Source: the human T2T-CHM13v2.0 reference genome, Homo sapiens. Taken from it: a stretch of DNA of 64,000 nt. The stretch lies in assembly GCF_009914755.1 (NCBI RefSeq), contig NC_060942.1, one strand, 5' to 3'. The notes beneath the pieces are model-generated. The model was not told the DNA's origin. It searched no databases and was given only the letters and a program-made list of their open reading frames with translations. The position numbers and the translations under genes are program-made. The number at the start of each line of letters is the position of its first letter. Positions within the stretch are counted from its first letter, which is position 1. Shown here one piece after another: positions 41,211 through 56,849 of the stretch.

Positions 41211-44200
41211 ACAACACTCTCTTTTACCCTATATACCATGGATGATAAGCCAAAATAAATACAAAACTTACTTTAATGCATTCTATGTACCTTCAGTAGT
41301 TTGTGCATTTCATAAATTTGGAGATACTATGCTTTTATTTTTGTGCTTCTCATTCTTAGTTCAAGGCTTTATACATAATATGTGCTCAGTGATTGTTTAC
41401 TCAATTTTATGTATTATGTGCTTAGCACATTGGAGAATAATTAGGTCCCTTTTTCTTACAATTTCTGTGTGTTTTAAATCTCTTATTTTAAGTTCTGCCA
41501 TTCTGCCAATCAAAAGAATAATCATTATCATCCTCCTGTTCTACCTTTTCAGTTACCCAATCAATCAATAATATATTACTTACTGTGCGCCAAACACATT
41601 TCCAAAAAAATACATAGCAAAAGAAAACATTTTTTTCCCAATAAATTTTACTTACCTTATGCATTAAAAGATCGATAAGTAAACTTTTTTTACATAATGG
41701 ACTAACTGAAATAAAAGTTTGAAAAAGGTCTATGGAAACAGAGAGGAGGGATTCATCAGCTCTGTACTAAGAAATTCAGTACAATCTTCACAGAAGGGTT
41801 GATATTTGTGCTGTAATTGATGAATTCAGTTGAAAATATTAATATGAGTTTCCTGGTAGACAGAAGTGGAAAGGGCAATGACATTCCAGATTATTGAACC
41901 ACCTTGTTCAATAATTGCTTGTTTAAGAAAGATTGAGATGTTCATGTTGCATAGGAAGGAGATATGGTAGATAAACTTGGAGAGGTAGGGGAGACGCTAT
42001 TGTGAAAGACCTTTCATACCATCCTATGAAATGGGGCTTTAGTCTGTAGGTAAAGGACAGCTAACAGAGGTGGTTGGCCATGGATTTAAATTTCAACTGT
42101 CAACTTGTGTTGATGTTCACAGACCAATGAAAAGGGGGAGGCATCTCACTTAGATCTTTCTTTGCAGCTTACCTAACTCGTAGACTCCTGTGTTGTGCTA
42201 TTATGTAGAAGCCCTGCTACAAAAATGTGAGATCTTACAGGTTAAAAGATAGAAATAATACGTTCATCAATTGATATGTGTTACTAAAAGAGTTTCTTTT
42301 TAAACAACTTGAATAATATTCATGACTAAACGTTGGAACTACATGCTACCATTTATTTTTAAAATGCGGTATTCATTTCTTTATCATTTTAGATTATAAT
42401 GGAAACCTTGACTTCTATACACTATGCTGCAAATTTGACTTGTACCTAAAAAGTATTCACGCTTGGCTTATGTGACATCTGTTGAGAAATTTAAATTACC
42501 CATTGACAGAGATCATTCAGATAGGAAAAGCTAAATCTACATAGGAAAATTGAAAGGAAGTGAATTGGGCAGCTGCAGGAGAGAAATGATAAATCATCCA
42601 TTTATGTCAGAGGAAAGTGCCTGCTTCTGTATTGTTGGTATGTCATGTAGTTCAGATTTGAAATACAAAGCCAACAATTTTGTTCTTATATATAGCATCT
42701 GTCCATGAAGGGCTCAAACAGCATTTATATAATGGTTTCTCACAATATTTCAGTGGAATAAGGGATAGCCTATGATGGTAATTTATAGATGAGGAGATGG
42801 CGGTGATTGCTAGCAAAGTACTAGAAATGTTGTAGCATCACTCGTTAGGGATTTGGTGCAACAAGCAGGCAAACCCGAGAACAAGTCTCCTGTAGGTGGT
42901 TGAATTGTGGAAGGCAATGTGCTATGTGAAGATAGCTCCAGAAGTGTCATCAGAAATGGGGACTGGATAATGCCAAGATGGCTCACATTCTTGCACTATT
43001 TGAAATAAACATGGAAGAAGTAAATTATCTTCCCCAAATTGAAAAAAGTCTCTAATTTTTGTAGCCTGCTTCTTTGTCCCCTGGATTCAAGGGTGTTCTT
43101 TATTTTTCCATTATTGATGTAGTTGCAATAGAAAGTATTTTTATTTTGTTTTATAATAAAAGAATAATGCCAATTTTAAGTAAAATGTAAATTTTTGGCT
43201 TAATGTAAATAATTGTTGCATTTATTTACATAAAAACTGAAGGAAGTTGGGAGACTGCCTTATAATTTACCTATATTTGGTAGGAATCAATGAAAGCCTT
43301 AGGAAAGAAAAACATCATTTTAAGTGATTTCTCCAAAAGACAGACAGGCAGAATTATTCTAGGGCATTTGCATGAGCAAAGCAATTAGCAGTAGCTCTAT
43401 TGTTAAATAGATTAAGAGATAATTAATTTTAAACGCTTGAGAATTACTTTATTTTCTCTTGGTTCCTTATGTCTATATGTGTGTGATGATAAAAAGGGGT
43501 GCCTCATTATATTAATTATTTGCACATATTCAATAATGATCTGTTTCAAGCGCTCTGCCGAATTCCGTACATACGTCACCTTGTATAAACCTTAGATAAT
43601 TTCCACTCCCCCCCCGAGTAACTCATGGATACCATAATTGTATTCACCCTTTATAAGAAAAACAAAACACAAAATACAGAGCTTAGTAAAGTTAACTTTA
43701 GACCACATTCCCACTGAGTGGCAGATTCTGAATTAGTATGCAGTGTAGCCTGGCTCCATAGTGTATGAGTTTAGCCACAGCTCCATGATTCTCCTGGGCC
43801 CAACCTGACCTCTCTGGAGCTGGGAAGAGCAGAGAAGAGAAGGTCTTGGTTCCTACCAGAGGACAAGGGGTGTTTGCTGTGGGCATAGCAGTGCTGGAAA
43901 AATGGCTGAGGTGTCATGCCCAGGAAGTGCTGAGGACTCTCTGGGTGGCTTCTGCCTTAGTCTTTTGAGGGTGACACCATCCCAGCATGACTTCACAACC
44001 AGAATAAAGTCAGGAAAGATGGAGGGCCTGGCTGTGTGGCCAGCTGTGCTGACAAGCAAAGTCGAGAGAATTAGTGATTCCTCCACATGGTTCCAGGGGA
44101 ACAGCTGGGACTTCAGACACGATATGGCAGAAGCTCAGCCAGAAGAGCCTCCTGTTGTCACTGTTGCCAATTTTGGGTTGTTTACATCCCTTTGCTCATT

Positions 44201-46034
44201 ACCTGAGAAGCCTCAGAGGGAAGTCTCAGAGCAGTCTCAGAGGTTGGCACTGGTTGCATAGGAGATGAGGTGCCAGTGGAGGATTTTAAGCCATCTGCTA
44301 ACATTTCTGGCTGTGTGCTATGCTGGCCAATGTAAGGAACAGAGAAGAGAGGACATATAGTTTGGGGAGGAATCTATTGCATTAATTGACTCTAAGTGAA
44401 TTACAACAAGTACCCAGACCAGAGGTGGATGGAGAAGAGCAGTCAGATTTGGGTGGGAGTTTAGAGTCCTAAATAAATTTTTAGTTTTAAGAGCTGAGAG
44501 AAAGACTCTACCTCCAGACTTACTCCTCTCTAATCCATCTTCCACCCTGAGGCCAGAATGATGTTTTTAAAATGTAAGTCATAAGTGACTCCTCATTAAA
44601 GTCACCTACAGAATAAAACCCCAGCTGTGAGGAGGCCACAGATAGGCTCCCAGAAACGAATTCCTTTCTATCTTTCTACTCTGACCTCCAACCACAGACA
44701 TGGAGTGTCCTAAGTGAGCATCTTGCCTTTACTTTGTTTGTCTTGCACAGGCCTATTTCTAGAGCCAGTGATGTTTTTTTCCTTACATACTCCATGGTAA
44801 AAATCCTACTTACTTCTTCAGGAGCAGCTTAAATCACACCTGCCTTGGAAACTCTTCCTGATTTTCCCATTTCATAGAACAACAAAAAAGGTCTTTCAAC
44901 ATGTCATTTTCATGGTTTATAACTTAATCTTTCAAAATCCAAATCTATTATCGTTCTTTTCTGGCTGAAAACATTCAGTTTTCCCTTTTCCTAAATGTCA
45001 AAGTAGAACTTTACCCTAGATGAAACCAGCTTCATATAAAATAGTAAATACTTGAATAACATAACATTTATTATAGTGTTTTTTAAAAAGTATACATGCA
45101 TAATAAATATTTGAGAAATATAGTTTTTAAGGTATTAAACATCGGAGGGGCTTCAGACAAAAAGATTTTTAATTTCTTTTGTACCACGCTAGACTCTTAA
45201 ATTATGGAAGATTAGTTCAATATAAATATATCAAGCATCCTGTGATACTGTAAGAAAAATATCACTCAAAATCACCAAGGTAAATTCGTCACTTTTAGGG
45301 CATTCATATATGGAAACCCTGGCAAACAAGAATAGCAGGAAAACAAGGAAGTTGTCTACAGCTGGTGAATGTTATTTGGGGAGGGAAAAAAGTTCTTATT
45401 AGCAGGAAAACAGCAGGCAAATCACAGTTTCATAATTATGTCCAGTATTTATATAAACAAATTTTCTTGAACTGATCAAGATTTGTTTTTCTTTATTGAG
45501 AAAATATGACTTCTCTGCTTCCCTAGCTGGAGAAGAAAATGCTTTTGTTTTTTTCTGGAGCAATGGTAGGAAAACGCTCAAGCTCAGCATGAGGTCTGAC
45601 ATGCTCTGCATACCTACCTTTTAGTCAATCTTGTTTATTTCGCCCCAAGCTGTTTCTTTGTGAAATGACTCATCATTATTTATCTAAATTGGTTTTAAAT
45701 GAGAATGTTTAACCAAAAGATCTGATCTGGATATTATGACAGCTGTTATAAAATAGGGGGGTCCAAGTTACGTCATTTTCTTTCTCACAATTTATTTACT
45801 TGTCAGATTTATTATTATCATTGTAATATTTTCCCAAAACAAAAGTGTACATGTGAAGTTTTCAGGAAAACTTTTGGACTATGAATTAGGGTAAAATTAT
45901 GAAAATCAACATCGAGTTATAAATTATGAGGTCTACATTCTGATTCTAGCTCTTACAACAGGAATTGAAACAATCAGGCTAAGCTCTCTGGGCCTGTTTC
46001 CTTACTTGTCATGAAGGAGTTAACAGATAATGTC

Positions 46035-46975
<941 letters not shown>

Positions 46976-47381
46976 CTATTTTCTTTCATTATAGATTGGT
47001 TTCCCACGTAACAAAAGACTGCTGGCATCTTACAATTCTTCTGAGGGTGGGCATGGGGAGGGACGGACGTGGAGGACTTCATTCAAGTTTGAATAATCAG
47101 CAGGGCTTGCATCTAATGGCCCAGCTCCGACCAGGTGCTTACCCAGACTACCCCTTCTGGAGGGGCCTCAGGGAAGAATGTGGCAGTGGTGCCTCCACCT
47201 GCTTTCCCAGGAGGATGGTGTTTTAGGAGGTAGGCAGTTCCATAGGCTTTAACTGTAGTAATGCTAGTTAAAAATGTGTTTTCGTCCTTACTGATTGTGT
47301 GTGTATGATACAGGACTTGTTTAGGTATCTGCCTTCCAAGTACAGATGAGGGTTTTCCACACTGGAAAAATCTTGGCTTGT

Positions 47382-47737
47382 TGTATTACTCTGTTCTCAT
47401 GCTGCCATGAAGAAAACTTGAAACTGGGTAGTTTATAAAGGAAAGAGGTTTAATGGACTCACAGTTCCATATGGCTGGGGAGGCCTCAGGAAACTTATAA
47501 TCATGGCAGAAGGCACCTCTTCACAGGGCGGCAGAAGAGAGAATGAGAGTGGAGAGAAGGGAGAAGCCCCTTATAAGACCATCAGATCTCATGAGAACTC
47601 ACTCACTATCGTGAGAACAGCATGGGGCAAACCACCCCCATAATTCAATTATCTCCACCTGGTCCCACCCTTGACACCTGCGGATTATTACAAATCAAGG
47701 TGAGATTTGGGTGGGGACACAGAGCCAAACCCTATCA
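47382..47737 (-). mobile_element. MSTA/THE1D-like MaLR solo LTR
   Basis: tgtattactctgttctcatgctg...gagatttgggtggggacacagagccaaaccctatca. Confidence 0.88.
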
Positions 47738-48053
47738 GCTGCAAAGGCTGAAATGAGTGGAAATTAAGTAATAGTCTGTGGAACACAGAGTAGATGGTGG
47801 GGCTGTCAGAAGAGACAATATGAAGAAGGAAATTACAAGTTGGGAGCTTAGGAGCCTGGCTTGTGTGTGGCGCAAGTCCTTAGATTCTAGGCCCTGTTGT
47901 GCCTCAGGAAGGGAAGTAACGCAGCCTGAGAGGTGGTCCAGGACACAGGTGTAGGGCACGCTGGACTGAAGGACATGCTGGCTTGATCAAAGCTTACGTA
48001 AGACATGAGGATGAAGGATAGTGGTGCTGTTTGGTGCTCACTTGATTTGCCAT

Positions 48054-48514
48054 TGCATTGGGTTGCATAGCGTCCACCTGCACCCCTCCCCAAATCCATG
48101 TCTACGTGGAACCTATAATGTGACTTATTTGGAGATAGGGTCTTTATAGATGTAATCAAGTTAAAATGCAATCCTATTGGATTCTCATGAGTCTTAATTA
48201 GTGACTGGTGTCTTTCTAAGGGAGAGGATAGGGGAATCTGGACACACAGACACAACAAGAGCACCATGTGATGCTGAGGAGGAAACTGGAGTGAGGCAGC
48301 CACAGTCCAGGGGACAGCAAGCACTGCTGGCAACCACCAGAAGCTGGAAGAGGCAAAGAAGGATCTTTCGCTAGAGCCTTTGGATGGAGCATGGCCCTGC
48401 CAGCACCTTCGTTTTTGACTTCTAGCCTCCAGAACTGTGAGAGAACACATTTCTGTTATTTTAAGCCGCCCAGTTTGTGGCACTTTGTTAGGACAACCCT
48501 GGGAAATTGCAACA
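48054..48514 (+). mobile_element. MLT1B/C-like MaLR solo LTR
   Basis: aatgtgacttatttggagatagggtcttt...ccaccagaagctggaagaggcaa...tctagcctccagaactgtgagagaa. Confidence 0.87.
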
Positions 48515-48940
48515 GATGTGGCACTTCAGTTATGAGCTATAGTCTTTCTGTCTGTCTACTATTATTTGAATTTGATTCACCAACGAATAATATTTTCTTC
48601 AAAATGTTTTAAATTATGAGCACATATGTGGACACAGATATCATATGTCAGAGGCTCACGACTTGTTTCAAAAGTAAAGTGTTGCACCACTTTTAAACAA
48701 CTCAAATCCATAATTAAAATTCCGAAGTTGGGGTTGGTGAGGAGTGATTCTCCTTTGCAAAGCTGTCTTTGGAGTCCTGCTATGTCACACTGAGAGAATT
48801 CCTATTTTATATCTATGAGTTGTCAGAAATCCTAAACTCTCATTGTTAAGATCAGTTATACAACGTTTAGAGAGGAACACCTATATGAATTTACTAAAAA
48901 GGAATTTATCTGAGAGTTAAACACAAGCCATTAAATAATA

Positions 48941-48974
48941 TACACACACATACACACACACACACACACACACA
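48941..48974. repeat. Interrupted (CA)n microsatellite
   Basis: tacacacacatacacacacacacacacacacaca. Confidence 0.9.
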
Positions 48975-50959
48975 ATATAAATCACTAGTTTTCCTTCTAT
49001 GAACCACCCCCACCCTTTTTAGGAACTAAACTCCTTAAAGTTTTCTTTGTTTTAGAGTATTGCCTGATTTGGATGAGAAATATTAATTTCCTCAACTGAA
49101 ATTCTTCAGATTGCCTCTCCAAATGTCAATGCTATTGGGCTTTCCCTGGGAAAACAAAACAAGATTGCTGTCAGGGAAGCAGTTTGCAGATCAGCAGATC
49201 AAGTAGATAACAGAATCCAGGATGCTATTATTAGCTATGGAGAAGGCAGTCAGTTTGCAGGTTCCATAAGTGAGGGAAATGGTTGCATTCTGGGAATGAG
49301 GAAAGAAATGGAAAATTGATCAGTAAGAAAGATCCGGGCTGCTCTCTCATTACCTCTTTTTTTCCCCACCAAAAAGGAAAAAAATAAAAAAGTCCAGAAT
49401 TGTGCTGTAGTCTTTCTGTCTGCCTACTATTATTTGAATTTGATTCACCAAAGAATAATATTGTCTTTGTTTAAAATGTTTTAAAGTTGATGATAAATCC
49501 TGAGTTCAGGTCAGTGGACACAAGTGAGAAGTAAAAAGTCAAGCACCTTATTATGGAAATGTTATTTACATCACACGCTGCTTTTGCTGTGTTACAGCTT
49601 ATAGAACAGTTGACAGCCCTTTCTCAAGTTTCTGTGTATTTCTTCACAGTCCATAACAATCTGACTGTTGGTTTGCAATTTCTTTTCTGATGAGATTTTT
49701 TTGGCATGTGAAAATGCAGAGCAGCTTTAGTTCTACTCCGGGTTGTTTTCCTTCACCGTTTTTCTCATTTTGGGGGGCCTATTTTTTATTCAGCAGCGGG
49801 TTTGGTGCTTTTGTGGTTATTTTCTAACCCTTGGCCATGGCATACTTAGTACTTAATTTCGGACAGAATCTTTTCTGATGCTTGTCAGCTTCTATTTGAC
49901 TCTCTGTGTTTTCTTAGTATGTAAAACTCAACCACCACTTATTGTTTTTCGAAGATAATGTTGGTCGTGCGCCTGGAACGACTTGAATAAGCTTGCAATA
50001 AATGACCCTATCCAAATGAATCAAAGAGTATGTGCGGGGCACAGCCGATAACCAGTGCATGCAGACGGTATCAGTAAAAACTGTCAGCTCCCCAGTAAAA
50101 ACACCCAGAACCGCCACAGGCAACTCCTCATAATAGAACTTTTGCAGGGAACAGTTTCTTTCCAATGACAATGCTTTTAACAGCCTCCAAACATTCTTCC
50201 TCTGTGTGCACTCCACCTCCAATCAAAAACTGAAATTCCAAATCAAGTCTGAAATACTTTTTAGCAAACAGCTCAATTCTTAATCTCCTGAAAATCAAGG
50301 AACCAGATCTTTAGTGAAAATACATTCAGAGCAGCAGCCTCTAAACAAGGTTATCTTTACTTTCTTTCCTCAAATCACACTGCTGTGCCTATTCACATAA
50401 TTAAGGACAAAGTGATGCTAGGTGAGGATACATTCAAATGAAGTCATGCCTGTAATCTGTAGGAAACGGGTACTAGGTATAGCCTGATAAAATCCCTAGG
50501 AGAGCCACTTTGGTGCTCCTGGTTTGTGGTTAGATACAGCAGAGCAACCCTGGCAGTTTACTCTTTTTACATGCAGCATTTTATTGGTGCATTTGTTTAA
50601 TTGAACACATCAGTCCAGCATTGTCTGAAGCGTACATCATATCTTTGGGTGAGGCAAGTTCAGGAGTCTTCCCCTGGAAAAAAACAATGTACATGTGTGT
50701 GTATTTTAATCTTGAAAAATCACTGTCAAATAAATATTAAATGGTAAATGAAGACAAAAACCAATAAAGCAAGCAATAGGTAAGGCACAGGCATCCAGTG
50801 TAGATCTGCTGTTTATAACCAGTCCCTTCTCTATCAGGATGGATGGGTGCAGGATGGCAGGAAGCGGTCGCAGGTCTAGAAGTTGTCCTTTTAACTTCCT
50901 AGAAACAACTTCCAAGAATCTTGAGGCAATCCTTTTGAACATGTTATAGCATGTGGATC

Positions 50960-51780
<821 letters not shown>

Positions 51781-51789
51781 TTTTGGTGT

Positions 51790-52325
51790 TACTGCCGTGG
51801 TTATGTTATGCGATATATGGCAAGAGAGACTTTGCAGATGGCGTTAAGGTTGCTAATCATCTGACCTTGGGGAGATTATTTTTTCTTATCTGGGTGTGCC
51901 TGATATAATCAAATGGGCTTCATTTTCTCAAAAATAGAAAAGGGAGGTAGGAGAGTTCATGGAGAGAGATGTGACCAGGGAAGAAAGACACGGAGAGATG
52001 CAGTGTTGCTGGCTTTGCAGGGGAGGAAGGAGAGGCATCAGCTGGGTGTACTTTGGAAGCGGAGAGTGGCCCTCAGCTGTCAGCCAGCAAGGCGATGGGA
52101 ACCTCAGACCTAGCGCCGCAAGGAACCAAATTCTGCCGATAATCAGCCTGAATGATAAAAAAAAAAAAAAAAAAAAAAAAAATGATTCTTCCCTGGAGCC
52201 TGAAGAAGAGTGCAGCCTGTGGACACTCTGATTTTTGGCCTGTGAAACTTTAAGAAGCGACTCAACTGAGCCCACCACACCTTTAACCTATAAAAACTGT
52301 GAGATAATAAGTTTATGTTGTTTTG
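51790..52325 (+). mobile_element. MLT1E/F-like MaLR LTR with an internal A-run
   Basis: ggcaagagagactttgcagatg...ggagattat...aactgtgagataataagtttatgttgtttt. Confidence 0.75.
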
Positions 52326-53764
52326 AGTATGGACGAATAAAGAAAAAAATAATAAAGCATAAAATAAATCACCTAAGGTATATTTTGGGTTTTCAGATTT
52401 GATATCCAGAAAGAACCAAATGATTTCTTAAGCTATCTGCTATTAGATGGAGAAGTACAAAGTAAGGGTGTATGTACATAAGACATACACTCAAAAGCTG
52501 TGAAACTGAATAGGTTTTTAAAAAAGGTTACTGTTGAAAACGAGCATGAATTCTCTTTTACTTAAAAGATAATCGTTGTAGAAAAAAGTGAAAATAAAAA
52601 AGGGGGAAAAAGTTGTTGGTTAATGTTTAAGTCTCAATTCCATCATTCGCAGGCCCAGTGACTGTATGCAAGTCACCCAAAGTTGAGATAATGATAGTAT
52701 CTACCTCCCAAGAATGGTAAAGAAACAAAAAGACTGTGTATGTGGTAAAAAAGTCATAAACTATAAGTTATTAAATATGATAACTCAACTCTCTTGTATG
52801 TACTGGAACTATTGTCCTTAGAAGAGTTCTTCGATTCAATTCTGATAATTCTGAGATGTTGATTTTTCAGAAGTGCAACTTTTCTCAAAACGCTTTGGTA
52901 TGATACTCACGCATATGAAACAATGTACTTTAGCATTATATGCATACTTTAAATGAGAATATTCTCACTTCATGATTATGTGAAAATGAGAAGCTAGCTC
53001 AAAATATTTATGGCATGTTTAAGGCTGATTAATCTTACGATCTTGAAAACATGATCATTTCACAGTTTCTAAGCTAAAATGGGATGTACATTATTGAGCT
53101 ATAAAGGTCTTGGAATGAAATTTTCTCCTATATTCATAGTTGTGTAGGAACTAGCATAAGAAATGGCATTTTGCTGGCTGAGCTGCAGCTCAGACGCTGC
53201 TGTCTATGTGCACTGGTGAGTGGCGAGTTGGGGTGGCTCAACATTTTCCCCAACAATGTGGATACGTGTTTTAATCAGCATGGGGCTTTCATTTCATAAC
53301 TGGAAGAAGAGAATGTAGTCTGTCTGGGTATGGAGACTAGGTTATAAAATGTTATGAAATTGAATAGGCTTTTAAAAAAGTTGTTGTTGAAAAAGAATGT
53401 AGATTCTCTTTTACCTGGAGAGGGATAGATAGATGCAGTGGAGTGGCTGGCTAGCATCTCCTTCCTTCCTGGCCTGGTGGATCCAGGGTAAGTGAGGAAT
53501 GAGGGTCCAATGCTGGTGGAATTGTATTTACCAGAGGATTGTGAGCCTCTTGGCACAAGCAAGTAACAAAGTGATACAAAGTCAAAGAGGCAGTTATCCC
53601 CACCACTTCTAAATGGGACTCTGGTGCTTGATGAGTCTCTGGAGACCAAATACAAGCATGAATTAGTGTTGCAGGGACCCCCAGGCACTGCTGGTGGGAG
53701 CACATCTCAGAGCAGCCCTCATGGAGCATGATACACAAGACTTGGTGAAACAAAATCTGTGTCT

Positions 53765-53880
53765 TACACCATGGCCACCCGCGCCCTATTCCACTCTTGT
53801 ATATACACCATGGCCACCTGCGCCCTATTCCACTCCTTGTATATAACCCCAGGAACCTTGTATATAACCCCAGGAACCTT
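53765..53880. repeat. Two chained short tandem duplications (2 x ~39 bp, then 2 x 21 bp)
   Basis: tacaccatggccacc(c/t)gcgccctattccactc.ttgtata x2, then ccttgtatataaccccaggaa x2. Confidence 0.9.
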
Positions 53881-54455
53881 CTTCATGTAGTAGAGAGTAG
53901 TTGAAAGCAACTTAGTGTTGAAAACTAGGAGAATGAATAAGTAAAACGAGATGGATGCATGCCATAGAATAACGCCAATCACTCAGAAACAATGGGTTAT
54001 ATGAACATACTGCAACATAGATGAACTTTTAAAATAGTGTTCAATTTGAAAAGTTAGAAACAGAATAGAAACTACAATTCATTATCATTAATGGAAATAA
54101 AATCATTGCATATTTTAAAGGATCAAACATACCAAAGCACAAGCAAAGTGGGTGCCATGAGGGGAAGGGGAAGAGAGTGGGAGTTAAAGATGTAAGAGTA
54201 AACAGTGACGTCAGCATTATGAAACCAACCAGTAAAATTGGAGCTGAAGAAATGTATCTGGCCTTGGGTTATGTGGTTATAATATAATTTAGTCCTTTAT
54301 TTAAAAATGATCTACTTGTCCTTATTTTGTCTAATTATGATTCCCTCCATTTGCTTGCCAAATCTGGATGGATTGTAAGAGGTAAACATAAGATTAACAA
54401 AGCACCAAGATGACACTAAATACCTGTTGATATCTAGCTGGCAGTCTTGATTTCC

Positions 54456-55005
54456 TTATATAGTAGTAGATGGCCTAGTATCTGAAAAGCATTGATGGTG
54501 TGTGTGTGTGTATATATATATATGTGTATACCAACAATATACATATTATATAGTAGTAGATGGCCTAGTATCTGAAAAGCATTGATGGTGTGTGTGTGTA
54601 TATATATATATGTATACCATCAATATACATATTATGTGTACATATATATGTACACATATTATGTGTACATATATATGTACATATGTACACATATGTATAT
54701 GTACATATGTATACATATGTATGTACACGTATTATGTATACATATGTATGTACACGTATTATGTATACATATGTATGTACACATATTATGCGTACATGTA
54801 TGTCCACATATTATGCGTACATGTATGTCCACATATTATGCGTACATGTATGTCCACATATTATGCGTACATGTATGTACACATATTATGCATACATGTA
54901 TGTATACATATATACACAGAGATAATTCTTATGTATGTATACATACATACATACATACATACATATATGTATACATGTATATATACACACACACAGATAA
55001 TTCTT
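54456..55005. repeat. ~90-bp tandem duplication followed by an alternating purine-pyrimidine minisatellite (25-27-bp units)
   Basis: ttatatagtagtagatggcctagtatctgaaaagcattgatgg... at 54456 and 54546; acatattatgcgtacatgtatgtcc about x4. Confidence 0.92.
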
Positions 55006-55610
55006 AATTCAAACATGCCAGAAATTTGGAGAATTTTTACAAATACAGGTGAATTTAAAAGGTAAGAAGTATTCTGTTTCCTGAAACACCACAAATTTCT
55101 CCTCTTTGTGAATTACATACAGTGCTTGCTAATTATAGAAGGAAGATTTGCCTCTTTATCAAATTCTTTTTATGCCCTGTTTGGCTTCTTGAGGCCAGCA
55201 CTGATTGGAAAAGAAGAAACTGGCCTTCTATTAATATCTACCTTGCTTATTGTTTTTCTGTCCCATAAAGAGATTCTTGCAAAGGAAGTTGACTGGAGTT
55301 GGTGAATTATTTATGCTCTATAGAATTAGGTTTTGTTGCCAATAGCCTTATTTGTGTTACTTTCTGAGGTAGGCAGAATAATGGCCCTTAAAGATGTTCA
55401 CATCCTAATCTCTGGAACCTGTGAATATGCTACTTTATATGACAAAGGAGAGTAGGGGCATTAAGATGATGGAATTAAGGAAAAAGCAGGAAAATGCACT
55501 TTCCCCTGGAACCTCCACAAGAGAATGCAGTGTTACTGAAACCTTATTTTTTGCCCAGTGAGACCTGTATCAGACATGTAATTTACAGAACTGTACATTA
55601 TTAATGATTA

Positions 55611-56849
<1,239 letters not shown>

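Noticed and set aside
47887-48483. Longest ORF (198 aa), and ORFs at 204, 741, 12425 and 46076
   Set aside because: They lie within MLT1/MST/THE1 LTRs; no coding signature.
49914-50222. 102-aa ORF over the CpG-retaining patch
   Set aside because: Non-ATG start, no recognisable homology and no convincing splice-site pair.
53765-54900. Short repeats as a possible CRISPR array
   Set aside because: The units are directly tandem with no unique spacers, there are no cas genes, and the context is eukaryotic.
54546-55094. Six overlapping ORFs rich in Y/I/C/V/H/M
   Set aside because: Artefact of a stop-poor RY repeat.
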